From contig MRSU01001220.1 in NCBI GenBank assembly GCA_008369845.1, positions 1 through 49,192 of the forward strand: a stretch of DNA of 49,192 nucleotides, given 5' to 3'. Below are positions 10,697 to 21,394 of the stretch, piece after piece. Source of the stretch: Trichomonas gallinae. Lineage: Eukaryota. The notes under the pieces are model-generated. The model was not told where the DNA came from and did not search any database. It saw nothing but the letters and a program-made list of their open reading frames with translations. Both the position numbers and the translations under genes were made by a program. The first letter of the stretch is position 1; every line of letters starts with the position of its first letter.

Positions 10697-11566
10697 AAAA
10701 ATAAATTAATAATTTTATCAAACCACCCCCATCGAGTCTCTTTGAAAAATATTCAATAACCACATATAAAATATTCACTACTTTTTCAAATTTTGTGATG
10801 TTCATAGAAAATCGTTATTATATTTGAATAAAGACATAGAATATTTCACCGCAAAATTATTGTGAGGACAAATAGGAATTTAAATTTAGAGTAAGAGAAT
10901 TTGTCTCCTCCTATCTTATGTGTTATTATCATGATGCACATTTATCGTTAAATCCTTATTAATTTGGGTTTATGCAAGCAAAAAAACATCGTTTGCAACA
11001 ATGTTACAGAGGGTGTATTTAGTATCACATGGACCAGTGCGTGTTATAGTTCAATGATGCTTAATAAGGATTCATGAATTACAAAATTGCATGAAAATTA
11101 CAGGACTCGTATGTTAAGAATGTTACAAAATGATTGTATGGAATGTGTTATTGCAAAAAACAATATAGTTATGTGCTTTATGTAAACTCTTTGATAAGGA
11201 TTTAATCTTACGATGAATATTACGGCAAATATGCACTTAGATATATTTTTTATTTCCTATACTTGATAAGTTTCATGATGTTTCTCACAATAAAATGTAT
11301 AAAAAGAATTCTCGTATTTTCTCAAAATAGAGTCTCACTCTTCTCAACCATATAAAAACATTGTAAAATCAATTTTAAGCATCACCACACTGGCTGTTTG
11401 AAGTTCTACAACTATTTTTTCATTCTTTAAATTGATATCAATAACGCATGCATTTGTTAACATATTATTCTGTATATTGTTATAAAGAAGTTTATCTATT
11501 TGTCCAAATTAGATAAATGATTATATATGATGAGTTATTTGAGTTCTTTTGATTTTGGATAATTCC

Positions 11567-11587
11567 AAAAGTGACGATAAAAGTGAC
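11567..11587 (+). promoter_or_regulatory. Tandem AAAAGTGAC (M2-like) elements
   Basis: AAAAGTGAC at 11567-11575 and 11579-11587, 14 nt before ATG 11602. Confidence 0.65.
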
Positions 11588-11601
11588 AAATTGCAGTCTC
11601 G

Positions 11602-12285
11602 ATGAATGAAAGTGAATTGGAATATGCTTTAGATGTGATGGACCTTATTATGAAGAAACCTGAGGCTGCTCCATTCCTTGATCCCATCGATGATGAAGAA
11701 AGTTACGCGCAAGAATATATGAATAAAATTAAAAAGCCAGTTTTCCTTCATTCTATAAAGGAAAAGCTACAATGCGATAAATATTCAAGTATTGACAAGT
11801 GGAAATACGAAATGAACTTAATCTGGCGAAATACAGAACAATTTTATGGATCAGATAGTTATATGGCTAAGCTTGCTAACGAACTTAAATCATCGTTTAA
11901 ATATATAATTGATAACGCACAAAAAATGACTACAACACAATCTGCGAATATATTTGGTTCATTACAGTACAAATTGGATTCTCTAGTTAAGAAATCTCCT
12001 GAAAAAATACAAAGGTTTTGTGAATCACAAGCTAAAATCGATAATAAACCAGATATGACTCGTGAAGAAATTAAAACCTTAATAAAAGCCTCAAAAATGC
12101 TATCAAACACACGAGATGCCCGAGCAATATATGGAATAATCCACGCATTTAACCCAAACATATTTGCAATTTCTGAAAATGTTATTATTAACCTATTTGA
12201 TGTTTCTGCGCGAACACAACATGTTCTATACTGGTACATCAAAAAGAGATTTGAAGAAGAAGGACTTGAATATCCTAATGACTGA
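11602..12285 (+). CDS. Bromodomain + ET-domain (BET/GTE-like) protein
   Basis: PFLDPID..YMNKIKKPVFL..IKEKL..Y....W..EMNLIWRN bromodomain; C-terminal MTREEIKTL..IYGII..VIINLFDVS..LYWYI resembles an ET domain. Confidence 0.88.
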   Translation: MNESELEYALDVMDLIMKKPEAAPFLDPIDDEESYAQEYMNKIKKPVFLHSIKEKLQCDKYSSIDKWKYEMNLIWRNTEQFYGSDSYMAKLANELKSSFKYIIDNAQKMTTTQSANIFGSLQYKLDSLVKKSPEKIQRFCESQAKIDNKPDMTREEIKTLIKASKMLSNTRDARAIYGIIHAFNPNIFAISENVIINLFDVSARTQHVLYWYIKKRFEEEGLEYPND

Positions 12286-12424
12286 TATTAATAAAATAGA
12301 TTTGTTTGTATTATATTAAAATTGTTGTTTCATTAATAGACTTGTATGATTTCTTATTTTTCAAATTAAGAAGAAATTCCGTGATTAATTTGTAATTTTA
12401 TAATATATTATGAGATCAATCAGT

Positions 12425-12994
12425 TTATTTCTTGTGCTTGGCAAGAGCCTTCTCCTTCTTAGCCTCGCGGAATGCCTTAAGCTTGTCTGTCTTAGCCTTG
12501 AAGAGATTGACCTTCTTCTCCTCAGCCTTGATAACACGGAACTTGATTTCGTTCTGAACCTTTGGAAGAGCGAAGAGGGCAGCATCATTGACCTGCTCGA
12601 CTGTCTCGCCCTTCTTGACCTTGATGAGGCGGGCCTTGTAAGCTTGAAGGCGTTCGACGTTCTGCTTGATCATGGCATCCTTAGCATGAGCGCGGCGGGT
12701 GTCGACAGCAATGCCCTGGAAACGAGCAAGAGCTGGATCGAAACCAGCAGCGACAAGCTCCTTTGGAGAGAAACCACGGCCAAGGCGTGTCTTCATGTTG
12801 TAGCGAACTGTTGGGCAGCGAACGATTGGGCGGAGTGGGCCATCGATTGGGCGTGGGGCAATCTTCTTAGCGCGGAGGTTGCGGGCGTTCCTACGACGCT
12901 GAGCACGTGCTGGATCATCGAAGTAGGTCTTTACGCGGTGGTACCAGTATTTACGAAGGTGATCATTTGGAATCTGGTTATTCTTGGCAACCAT
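12425..12994 (-). CDS. RPL13: 60S ribosomal protein L13 (eL13)
   Basis: HLRKYW..RVKTYFD.PA..RRR..APRP..GPLRPIVRCPTVRYNMK.RLGRGFS..EL; strong codon bias; TAAA at stop. Confidence 0.98.
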   Translation of the reverse strand: MVAKNNQIPNDHLRKYWYHRVKTYFDDPARAQRRRNARNLRAKKIAPRPIDGPLRPIVRCPTVRYNMKTRLGRGFSPKELVAAGFDPALARFQGIAVDTRRAHAKDAMIKQNVERLQAYKARLIKVKKGETVEQVNDAALFALPKVQNEIKFRVIKAEEKKVNLFKAKTDKLKAFREAKKEKALAKHKK

Positions 12995-12997
12995 GAT

Positions 12998-13029
12998 AAA
13001 GGACGACCAAACCGCTTTTTCAAGCGGTT
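12998..13029 (-). promoter_or_regulatory. M3 + M5 core promoter of RPL13
   Basis: Minus strand reads AACCGCTTgaaaAAGCGGTTTggtcgtCCTTTatcATG: M3-like GCGGTT and M5 CCTTT in place of an Inr. Confidence 0.8.
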
Positions 13030-13661
13030 AGTTGGATTTTCTTCATTAAACCGGATTTTTGTTCGATATTTGCTTGTGTCTTCATATATGTGTCTTATTT
13101 CATTTGTTATTTAATGATTTTTTTACTTCTGACATGTAATCTTTCCATTTATTTTTTTGACATGTAATCTTTAAATTTGTTTTATTTTGCCATGAAATCT
13201 CTAGAAGATGGAAGGGAACCAAAATATCAGCTTATTATATTACTTATGTCCCACTGATATTAATCCAAGAGGAAATTTGAAAATATCTGAAATGTGATTT
13301 TGTTATGCTGCATTGGAAAATGTGATGTTTTGAATGGAATGAGGCATAGCAGAACTAGAAGTGTGTTTCACTTTTTAAGAGAAGATTATTATTCTCCATT
13401 AAATCTGTGCGTCTATTTATGTACTTAAGTTCATCACATCAAGTATATCCATTGATAATAAATATTACACCATTATCCTTAAACAGACTTTTCCAATCAT
13501 CATTTTCAAAAATAAAATATACAAAATAGGCACTGCATATCACAATAATTTTACTTTTCAAGTTGGTTTTGTCGAAAATAATCTAAACTTTAAAGATAGA
13601 TCTGCACAGAAAAAATATTATGAAACGAGAAGAATGTTGCGCAAGATACATAACAATTTTA

Positions 13662-14657
13662 TTAATCAGAATCAATATCAATACCATCTAGTTGAATGTC
13701 ATCAATGTTAATCTCTCCAAAGTCAATATCTGAAAAATCATCAGATGGATTGTCTTCATTCTCTTTATCAATTGGTTTATCATTATTCTTATCGTTAATT
13801 GATGTTGAGAGCCTTGCCACATCAATATTTTCAGTATCAATATTTTCATTGATTTCATTTGAAGACTTTATAGATTCAATATTATCATTCTTATCATCAA
13901 TTGCTGGTGGAAACTTTACAGAATCATTATTTTCATCATCACTCTTTTCATTATTGTTAAGAGATGAGATATTTGCAGAATCATTTATTTGAGCATCTTT
14001 ATTATCGTTGTTTGATGGCTGTTCTTCATCAAAATCTATACTAATACTATTTTGTTCATTGTCGACAATATCATCAACTTGATGATTTGAATCATCAGTA
14101 GATTTAGAATTTGACTTTTGTTTAAATATGTCTTCATCGCTAATGATATCTGATGGTAAGGAATTTTCTTTGTTTTCTGAAGAATTGCTTAAAATTTCTT
14201 GTATTTCATTTTCATCATGTTTACTTTGAGAAACAGTGTTTTCTTCGGAACTATATGCCGATGATGTAGTATTTTCAGGAAATAGATGATTGTATAAATC
14301 ACATATTTTTTCTTGAATAGGTTTTTGAGTTTTTTGGATATAACAAAGCGTATTGAACGTTATATCATTCGGAGATGTGTTATTATTTTGTATGTTTTGG
14401 GATTTAAGTTCGTTAACGATGATATTTAAAGTTATTGAGCAATTTAGATCTTTTAATATGGAATAAACTAGTTTGTATGAATCTTCCCATGCTTTTGAAC
14501 TATGAGATTTTATTCTAGGTTTAAGTTGTTGATATTTATTATCTGAAATCTGTAAAATTGTATCGCAAACCATTCTTATATACTTGGCCCGCAAGTGATT
14601 AAAACACCCCTTTTCGTTTAGCAAATTTTCCACTTTCTTCATAACGTCTTCACTCAT
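13662..14657 (-). CDS. Protein with FOP/OFD1-type LisH-like N-terminus and acidic, Asn-rich disordered tail
   Basis: LLNEKGCFNHLRAKYIRMV resembles the TOF motif and LVYSILKDLNCSITLNIIVNE resembles LisH; the remainder is low complexity. Confidence 0.6.
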   Translation of the reverse strand: MSEDVMKKVENLLNEKGCFNHLRAKYIRMVCDTILQISDNKYQQLKPRIKSHSSKAWEDSYKLVYSILKDLNCSITLNIIVNELKSQNIQNNNTSPNDITFNTLCYIQKTQKPIQEKICDLYNHLFPENTTSSAYSSEENTVSQSKHDENEIQEILSNSSENKENSLPSDIISDEDIFKQKSNSKSTDDSNHQVDDIVDNEQNSISIDFDEEQPSNNDNKDAQINDSANISSLNNNEKSDDENNDSVKFPPAIDDKNDNIESIKSSNEINENIDTENIDVARLSTSINDKNNDKPIDKENEDNPSDDFSDIDFGEINIDDIQLDGIDIDSD

Positions 14658-14901
14658 ATGTCAAATTCTTAAATTTTATCGAAAAGTGACAATTCTATCG
14701 AAATATTTCTTTGATTATATCTCGATATTGAACAAATATTTTTAAATTATTTACACATACATAGAACCAACAGAGGATATAAATATATAATCCATTTTAA
14801 AACTAGTGATATATCTATTATAAAGAATTTGTTGAAACATCAAAGTTTTTTTTTTGTCATGTAAAATGTCATATCTGTTATATAAAAGTGTCATTTATAA
14901 T

Positions 14902-15198
14902 ATGGAGGATGGCGAGATGGATCTTGCAGAGTTATTAGATGAAATGAAAACGAAGAATGAAAAAATTATTGCACATCCATATTCATATGTTAGTGCTATT
15001 CACAATAATGCATCAGCATGCCCTGTTAATCAAAATGATAAATTTTTTACAGATAACAACATTTCATTTAGTACTGTTGTACCTGAATGCATAGGAGTTG
15101 AAGATGCACCAGAAATGGACTCAAACTACGTTGTCGGATTAGATGAAGCAGGCGCATACTACCGCCGTCTAGTCAAAAAAGAAAATTTGGCTATTTAG
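14902..15198 (+). CDS. Hypothetical acidic protein (98 aa)
   Basis: Start moved to ATG 14902, preceded by Inr TCATTT 14891-14896; divergent from the gene at 14657. Confidence 0.65.
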   Translation: MEDGEMDLAELLDEMKTKNEKIIAHPYSYVSAIHNNASACPVNQNDKFFTDNNISFSTVVPECIGVEDAPEMDSNYVVGLDEAGAYYRRLVKKENLAI

Positions 15199-15442
15199 AC
15201 TTCAAAAAGCTTTATTTCCAATATCATAATTGATAAATGTTTGTTAAATAATTATTTTTCAATCTATTAATACTATTTTCCCCAACTATGCATAAATATA
15301 TGTCTACATCACACCTTTTATAATAATATTTCCATATGTAGCAGTTTAATAAATACATCAGGAATTGAGAGGAAAAAATAAATTTGACAAATGTCAAAAA
15401 TCTTAGACCCTGTTTATTTTTTCATACCCCATAAAAATATAA

Positions 15443-16516
15443 ATGAAACCAATATATTCGTCTAAAAATACCATTTTGATCATTGCTTTGATTCCAATTT
15501 TCCTGGGATGCGTTTTCTTATCAACTATAAAAGAAGAAAATCCACAAAAACAGTTCGAAAAACGCCAAGTTTTCAAACCAACAGTATATAATTGGAAATT
15601 GCGACAAAATCCGCCACCACCAAAGCTATCAAATGTAAAACAAAAGGACAAAGTATACGTTATGGTACTTGATAACGAATATAAGGCTGCTTCTCATCAA
15701 TGTATAATGAAACAGCAATGGATGGATCCATTTCTTGAGCATCCTCAGATAGATGGTATCGAAGTTTACTCAACAAACGCATGGACAAACAGCGAATGCA
15801 ATTTATCATCAATCACAATCGAAGAAATGCCAGAACAAAAGATTAATCCAAGTGCTTTCTTATTATACCACTCTTTGAAACTGTTCCTTGACAGATCAGA
15901 CGCAGCATGGCTCTTTTTAATTGGAGATGCTGCTTACATCAAAATTGATAGATTTTTCTCATGGTTAGAAACTACTACAAGATCACATAACGCATTAACA
16001 GAAACATTTATCATAGGTAGCTGCGTTGAAGAGAGATATTTCTTCCAAATGCTATTAACAAGCTCAGGCATATTACTTTCCCGAATTTACGTGAAAAGAC
16101 TCGTTGAATCTAGATCTGATGAGCTTTGGGATGTTTCATTTAAGGTCGGAATCACATCAGAAGAAATTTTATCAAAAATCTCTGATAAGTTAACAGTATA
16201 TATACCAGGTAAACAGACTCATGAGCTTGTTGGCAGAGGATTTACACATAAAAAGCATTATCAAATGCTGATGGACAAAACTTTCGATGATTTACCAAAG
16301 TGCAATATACCTTTCGAGTATTTGAGGCCAGCAGCTGGTGAACTTGGATTATGTTCTGCACAAGTTTTCAAATTTGATGATATGTCTGTCTGGTCAGGAC
16401 TTCGCCATTTAACTAAAAAGAAATTCCTTGAAACTGCAGAGCAAATGATGACAGGAAATCCACCAGATCTTGGATATTACTGGGATAGATTATATCTCAC
16501 TCTTTGCCGTATTTAA
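15443..16516 (+). CDS. Type II membrane GT-A glycosyltransferase-like protein (GT31/Fringe-like)
   Basis: N-terminal TM plus Pro-rich stem; DAAWLFLIGDAAYI resembles DWF...DDDTYV; SSGILLSR resembles GAGYVLSR. Confidence 0.6.
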   Translation: MKPIYSSKNTILIIALIPIFLGCVFLSTIKEENPQKQFEKRQVFKPTVYNWKLRQNPPPPKLSNVKQKDKVYVMVLDNEYKAASHQCIMKQQWMDPFLEHPQIDGIEVYSTNAWTNSECNLSSITIEEMPEQKINPSAFLLYHSLKLFLDRSDAAWLFLIGDAAYIKIDRFFSWLETTTRSHNALTETFIIGSCVEERYFFQMLLTSSGILLSRIYVKRLVESRSDELWDVSFKVGITSEEILSKISDKLTVYIPGKQTHELVGRGFTHKKHYQMLMDKTFDDLPKCNIPFEYLRPAAGELGLCSAQVFKFDDMSVWSGLRHLTKKKFLETAEQMMTGNPPDLGYYWDRLYLTLCRI

Positions 16517-17118
16517 TTATTTTATTTAATTGTCTGTAATATTATAAACATTTATGATGTGTTACACTTATGCCCATATAGCTTTTCTTCAGAATCTGGT
16601 ATTTTACTGATTTGATATTTTTAAAATAATATTTTTAAACGAGAAATAAATCTAATTTTGTTACTAAATGCTTATCTGTTATTAAATGATGTATTCATCA
16701 TACAGGAAATTGGTTTGACTTTCAAATTAAATTCTGACATGTAATTTTTACATGTCAAATATTGTGAATGTCACATTTTCGTAGCGTTATTTCGGTGCGC
16801 AACTTTCGAGATGCAATTTAGATTTTGGATTTGAAATAATTTCACCCCGGCCATTGTAAACATCTCAAATTATATGCGTCACTTTTCGATAAATCTGAAA
16901 CTTAATATATTGGAATAACAATATATAAGAATTCTAAATCCGCGAAAATCAAAAAGCATAAAAAAAACTCAGTGAAAAGTGAACTAAGTTTTTTTAAGAC
17001 TCTTGATTTTTACGGATATAGACTGTTTAAATATAGTGCAACCTATATTTTAAACAAAAACGAAAAAAGAAAATGAAAATGGCTAATTTTGCGTTTAATT
17101 TCGTTTACATATATCATA

Positions 17119-17220
17119 TGACACGTAAATCATTAAAAAGATTTGGCGGGAAAAATTGAATCAGAAAGTTTTGGCGGGAAATAGGCCAGGAATTTGAAAG
17201 GATTTTCAAACAGTTCATTT
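17119..17220 (+). promoter_or_regulatory. HMG gene promoter with two E2F-like sites and an Inr
   Basis: TGACACGTAAA 17119-17129; TTTGGCGGGAAA 17142-17153 and 17170-17181; TTTGAA 17193-17198; TCATTT 17215-17220. Confidence 0.65.
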
Positions 17221-17225
17221 CTCAC

Positions 17226-17507
17226 ATGGGTGTTTCAGGCTACACATGGTATGTTAAGCAAATGCGCGCTAAGGTAAAGGAGGAGAACCCAGACTTAGAC
17301 TTCAAGGGTATCTCACAGAAAGTAGGTCAGATGTGGAAGGACCTCTCCGAAGAGGAGAAGAAGAAGTACAACGATGAGGCTGCTAAGTACAACGAGGAGC
17401 ACAAGGATGATCCAAAGAAGGAAAAGAAGCCTAAGAAAGAGAAGAAGGAGAAGAAGTCCAAGAAGGATAAGAAGGAAGAAAAGTCTGATGAGGAGAGTGA
17501 AGAATAA
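17226..17507 (+). CDS. Small single HMG-box protein (NHP6/HMGB-like)
   Basis: SGYTWYVKQMRAKVKEENPDLDFKGISQKVGQMWKDLSEEEKKKY plus KKE-rich and acidic tail; strong codon bias. Confidence 0.95.
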   Translation: MGVSGYTWYVKQMRAKVKEENPDLDFKGISQKVGQMWKDLSEEEKKKYNDEAAKYNEEHKDDPKKEKKPKKEKKEKKSKKDKKEEKSDEESEE

Positions 17508-18448
17508 ATCTCATCATTGTAACATTAGTTGTGAAGTCTTAAATCATTATGCCAGTTAAATATTCTTTTCTTTGATATTACTTACGTCTTTTTTCAAATT
17601 ATACTTGAAATCTAAGCTTGTTCGATCCATCATGATAGAACTACAAAGCCGTTCTCTGATATTTTAGCAAAATAATTATCATTTTTATATTTCATTGACT
17701 TATCCTATATTATTTTTACATTTTACAATCATCTCGTGAGAGTTACAAACAAATTTGTTTCAGTGCACAGCGTTCTCCATGCTTTTCATTTTCAAAATAA
17801 AATATCTCTAATTTGCAGTCAATGCTTCAATGAGAAACTCAATGAATGCATGAGTTTTGTTCGTAGAAGCCTAAAAATTTCAATAAACTCATTGTATTTT
17901 CCAAAATCTGAAGAAAATTTTCTCGTTTTTTTCCATTTTGAATGTTATTAGTATTAAATAATACTTCATATGCTGAAATAGCAGACATTATGCGTAGCAT
18001 ATCTTCAAATTGTTTCATCAACTCCGAAATATTAGCTTTCATTTGCAGTAAAGTGAACAATAGCATGACACAACACAAAGCATTTATGAGTTTATTTCAA
18101 TTTCAAGCTTTGCTCACTCATCGCGATACGATTCCGATCAAGGATTAAAATGACTAGTTTTAATTGAATAAATTTCATATATACTGTGCTATAATTGATT
18201 TTTAATCAAATTACTTATTCTTGTCGTTTTTGAATTGCAATGTTCGATTCATGCTTTGCAGCTATATAATACTCAGTATGTGTAACATAGAAAATGATTG
18301 TAAACCCTTCCAACTCAAATATTAATGAAATTTTCATATTTCATAAAATTCAAGTAAAATTATGATAATATATTGGCATGGTTCTATAAATAAACAAAAT
18401 CTATTTATTTTTTAACAAATCAAATTATAATTTTTCAATATTGTTTCA

Positions 18449-20602
18449 TTACAAAATGTATTGTTCTTTTTTGGAGCCTAGTCTATTGGCGATGCTGAAT
18501 ATTGATTTGATTCCGAGTCTTTTCAACAAAATAAAAATTGCAACGATTGCGACAATCGGAATCATCAGCCAGTAAACATTTGATGGCTGGGAATTGATTT
18601 CGACTTCCTCTTCTTCATTCCCTTGGTCTATTTTGATGTCTTCTATTTTCTCTTCTTCCTCAAAGTCTTTGTTTTCTTTCCTTACTTCTTCTATTTTCTC
18701 CTGGAGAGATTTCTTGAGTGCTTCTGGATTCGCCTCCATGCATCTGACTCTGCAGTTGAACTTAGACTCACTGACATTCAAAATATCAGAAACAAACATT
18801 GCTTTAGCGAAATCATCGTCAACTTCAGTGTTCGGCAGCCAAATTTGGAGAGAATTTTCATCATTAATAAAAGTTGCATTTTCCGCATTATTCTTTTGAG
18901 CCAACGAGTCTTTTACTATAATAGAAGTGCAGTTCTTTGTTGAGAAAACGCCACCTTCTGCAGCAGTGTTGCCTATGAACCTGCATCTATTGAAAACAGC
19001 TGAGCCATTGATAAGAGATGCGACTCCGCCATTTGACATCGCCGCGTTTTCTTTGAACTCGCTGTCATCTACTGTCATGTTCATCGCATTGCCAACAATG
19101 CTGCCGCCTTGTATCGCCTGGTTCCCGATAAATGTATTCTTGGTGATTGATCCTGTAACATTCGCGAAGAAAACAGCGCCAGTCAAAGCTGAGTTGTTCT
19201 TGAAAACGTTGTTAGTCATTGTCACGAAATCTGATGATGATGCTGTGACAATTGCGAGCGGAAGAGAGTTGCCTTGAGGAAAACACTGGTTGTTTGAGAA
19301 AATAGAGTCTTCAACGGATATTGTGCCATTTTCAAAAAGAGCACCACAGATTTGGTTCTGTTCAAAATTTGCAGATTTAAGATTAATTTTTGTTGTGTTT
19401 ACTGAAGCTAAAGCTGTTGATAAATCAAGTGATGATGAGATAAATGACAGTTCTATGCCATCCATTGTCGTTTCTAGGCCGTTTTGATGACTAATAATAA
19501 CTATTTCTGCTTCTGAAGTTAAATTAGCGATTGATATGTTTCGTGTTATTAGTCCTCCATTTGTTTGTGTGAATAAAGATCCAATTGAGTGAGAATCTGA
19601 AATTTTAAGTTTTTCAATTTTGCAAAAATAGACTTTGTTCGCGTTTGTATTTGCGAATGTAATATACCCAATCTGGCTTTCACGGATGCTAACATCTGAT
19701 AACGAAAAATTCGAATCTGTTATTCCAAATAAAGTTTCACCCGAAAAATGATGCGTGATGTCTATGTTATTTAGCGATGTATAGGATGTTTCTACACTTG
19801 AAACAAGACCTCCTTTGTTTTCGTCGAAATTTGTTGATTTAATTGTAAGATTTGAATAATGTTCTACTGCAACAACAACGATTATGTCATTGCTGTGGAA
19901 TGATGATGACTCAATTGAAAGCAGTGAGTTCTGTGATGCTGCTATTATAGGAAGAGTCATCTTATTTGAAGAAAATTCGCTTGATTGAAATGAAACGTTT
20001 GAGCCAACGAAGTGTAAAGCTGCTCGTATGTCTTTTGATTCCATAAAATTACCAATAAATTCGAATTTTTCTATTGTTACCGTTGAATTTATCGCGATAA
20101 AAATCGATTGTGAGTTGGCCGTGTGATTCAGCATTGTAACATTAACTAAAGATAAATTGCATGCTATAAATGCTATGATGGAACTAACTGTTGCCTCAGA
20201 ATTGATTAAAACACAATTTGATATTTGGAAATTCGACCATTGACCATTCAATATTGGTATTTTGAAATTGCTGAACACGAATCCATCGATTTTAAATGTT
20301 GAATTTTCGGAATAAATAGAAGCAGATTCTGAAATCGGATAATCTGGCGAATTAACTTCAGTTTCGGAACCAAAAACGGATATATTTTGTTTAGTTGTCT
20401 TGTTTATAAAGTCTAATAGTAATTTTGATTCATCTTTGCTTAAGTTTTTATCATTAATAAAAATTTCATCGCCATTTTCAATGATTTTTTGGGCTTCACT
20501 TATTGAGCATCCATTTTTATCAGTGCAACTCTCGCTTCCTTCGTTTTTTACGTTGATATAAACTTTTTTTGAAGAAGCAAATAAAATTAATAAACTTAGC
20601 AT
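18449..20602 (-). CDS. Polymorphic membrane protein (Pmp)-like beta-helix surface protein
   Basis: Start moved to ATG 20602 (MLSLLILFASS signal); FxxN/GG repeats (FKNNSALTGAV, FIGNQAIQGGSI, FKENAAMSNGGV, FIGNTAAEGGVF); C-terminal TM and short tail ending QYIL. Confidence 0.85.
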   Translation of the reverse strand: MLSLLILFASSKKVYINVKNEGSESCTDKNGCSISEAQKIIENGDEIFINDKNLSKDESKLLLDFINKTTKQNISVFGSETEVNSPDYPISESASIYSENSTFKIDGFVFSNFKIPILNGQWSNFQISNCVLINSEATVSSIIAFIACNLSLVNVTMLNHTANSQSIFIAINSTVTIEKFEFIGNFMESKDIRAALHFVGSNVSFQSSEFSSNKMTLPIIAASQNSLLSIESSSFHSNDIIVVVAVEHYSNLTIKSTNFDENKGGLVSSVETSYTSLNNIDITHHFSGETLFGITDSNFSLSDVSIRESQIGYITFANTNANKVYFCKIEKLKISDSHSIGSLFTQTNGGLITRNISIANLTSEAEIVIISHQNGLETTMDGIELSFISSSLDLSTALASVNTTKINLKSANFEQNQICGALFENGTISVEDSIFSNNQCFPQGNSLPLAIVTASSSDFVTMTNNVFKNNSALTGAVFFANVTGSITKNTFIGNQAIQGGSIVGNAMNMTVDDSEFKENAAMSNGGVASLINGSAVFNRCRFIGNTAAEGGVFSTKNCTSIIVKDSLAQKNNAENATFINDENSLQIWLPNTEVDDDFAKAMFVSDILNVSESKFNCRVRCMEANPEALKKSLQEKIEEVRKENKDFEEEEKIEDIKIDQGNEEEEVEINSQPSNVYWLMIPIVAIVAIFILLKRLGIKSIFSIANRLGSKKEQYIL

Positions 20603-20884
20603 TAATAAAAATAAGCAAAAAATTAAACGAACATATTTCAAAAACCATATATTTGACCAAATTATTACATATAATAGTTCAAATCTTTAATTATATTTGA
20701 GATGAAAATCATCTACATTAATTTCTTATTTGTATATTATAATATATTAAAGGAACAAAAGATTTTTTATTTAGTTCATTGTAATTTAGCGTAGCTTATG
20801 AATTTAGAGTAATATAAAATAAATTTTCGAATTTTTTTGTACAGTATCTCTAATTTTTTATTATATTTGAAAGGTATCTATATT

Positions 20885-21274
20885 TTATACAAGGGCTTCT
20901 ATCTTAATCTTCAAATTATCAATGTTCTTTTTGAGTCTAGAATTCTCTTTTTTAACAATTGAGCAAGCAACAACTGGACGAGAAACACCACAAGCACGGC
21001 CTAAAGCAGCACGAGAAGGAACAAATACATATTGAACATTCTTATCTTCGCAAAGAAGAGGAAGGTGCATGACAATTTCGATCGGATCTGTATCTCCAGC
21101 GATTAGGACTATTTCTGCGACTGAGCGATTGAGTGTTTTTGTAACTTCGTTTGCGCCTTTGCGAAGCTGTTTGTTTTGAGATGCATCCTTAACGAGCTCC
21201 AAGATAGCGGCATTGAGCTCGTTAGGAGCGAGTGGAATTGCTTTCGGTGAAACACCTGGCGGTAAATCTGTCAT
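20885..21274 (-). CDS. SNU13: Snu13/15.5K L7Ae-family snRNP/snoRNP protein
   Basis: KQLRKGANEVTKTLNR..DPIEIVMHLPLLCEDKNVQYVFVPSRAALGRACGVSRPV. Confidence 0.95.
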   Translation of the reverse strand: MTDLPPGVSPKAIPLAPNELNAAILELVKDASQNKQLRKGANEVTKTLNRSVAEIVLIAGDTDPIEIVMHLPLLCEDKNVQYVFVPSRAALGRACGVSRPVVACSIVKKENSRLKKNIDNLKIKIEALV

Positions 21275-21394
21275 CGAATTTTTTTTTTACTGACCACAAT
21301 TTTTGCCCTTTTTTAAGGGTAAAAATTATCAAAGTGTCTTTTTTATTCTTCCTCTCCCAGCTTGTTTTGACCATTTTTAATGTTACAAATATTT

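Noticed and set aside
12410..13114. 234-aa plus-strand ORF antisense to RPL13
   Set aside because: Shadow ORF expected from the strong codon bias of RPL13; no recognisable protein
16589..16701. Possible minus-strand box C/D snoRNA (ATGATGA...CTGA)
   Set aside because: Very AT-rich, weak terminal stem and no convincing rRNA-complementary guide
17700..18300. Short ORFs and a possible DUF3447/ankyrin remnant
   Set aside because: Resemblance too weak and motif order inconsistent
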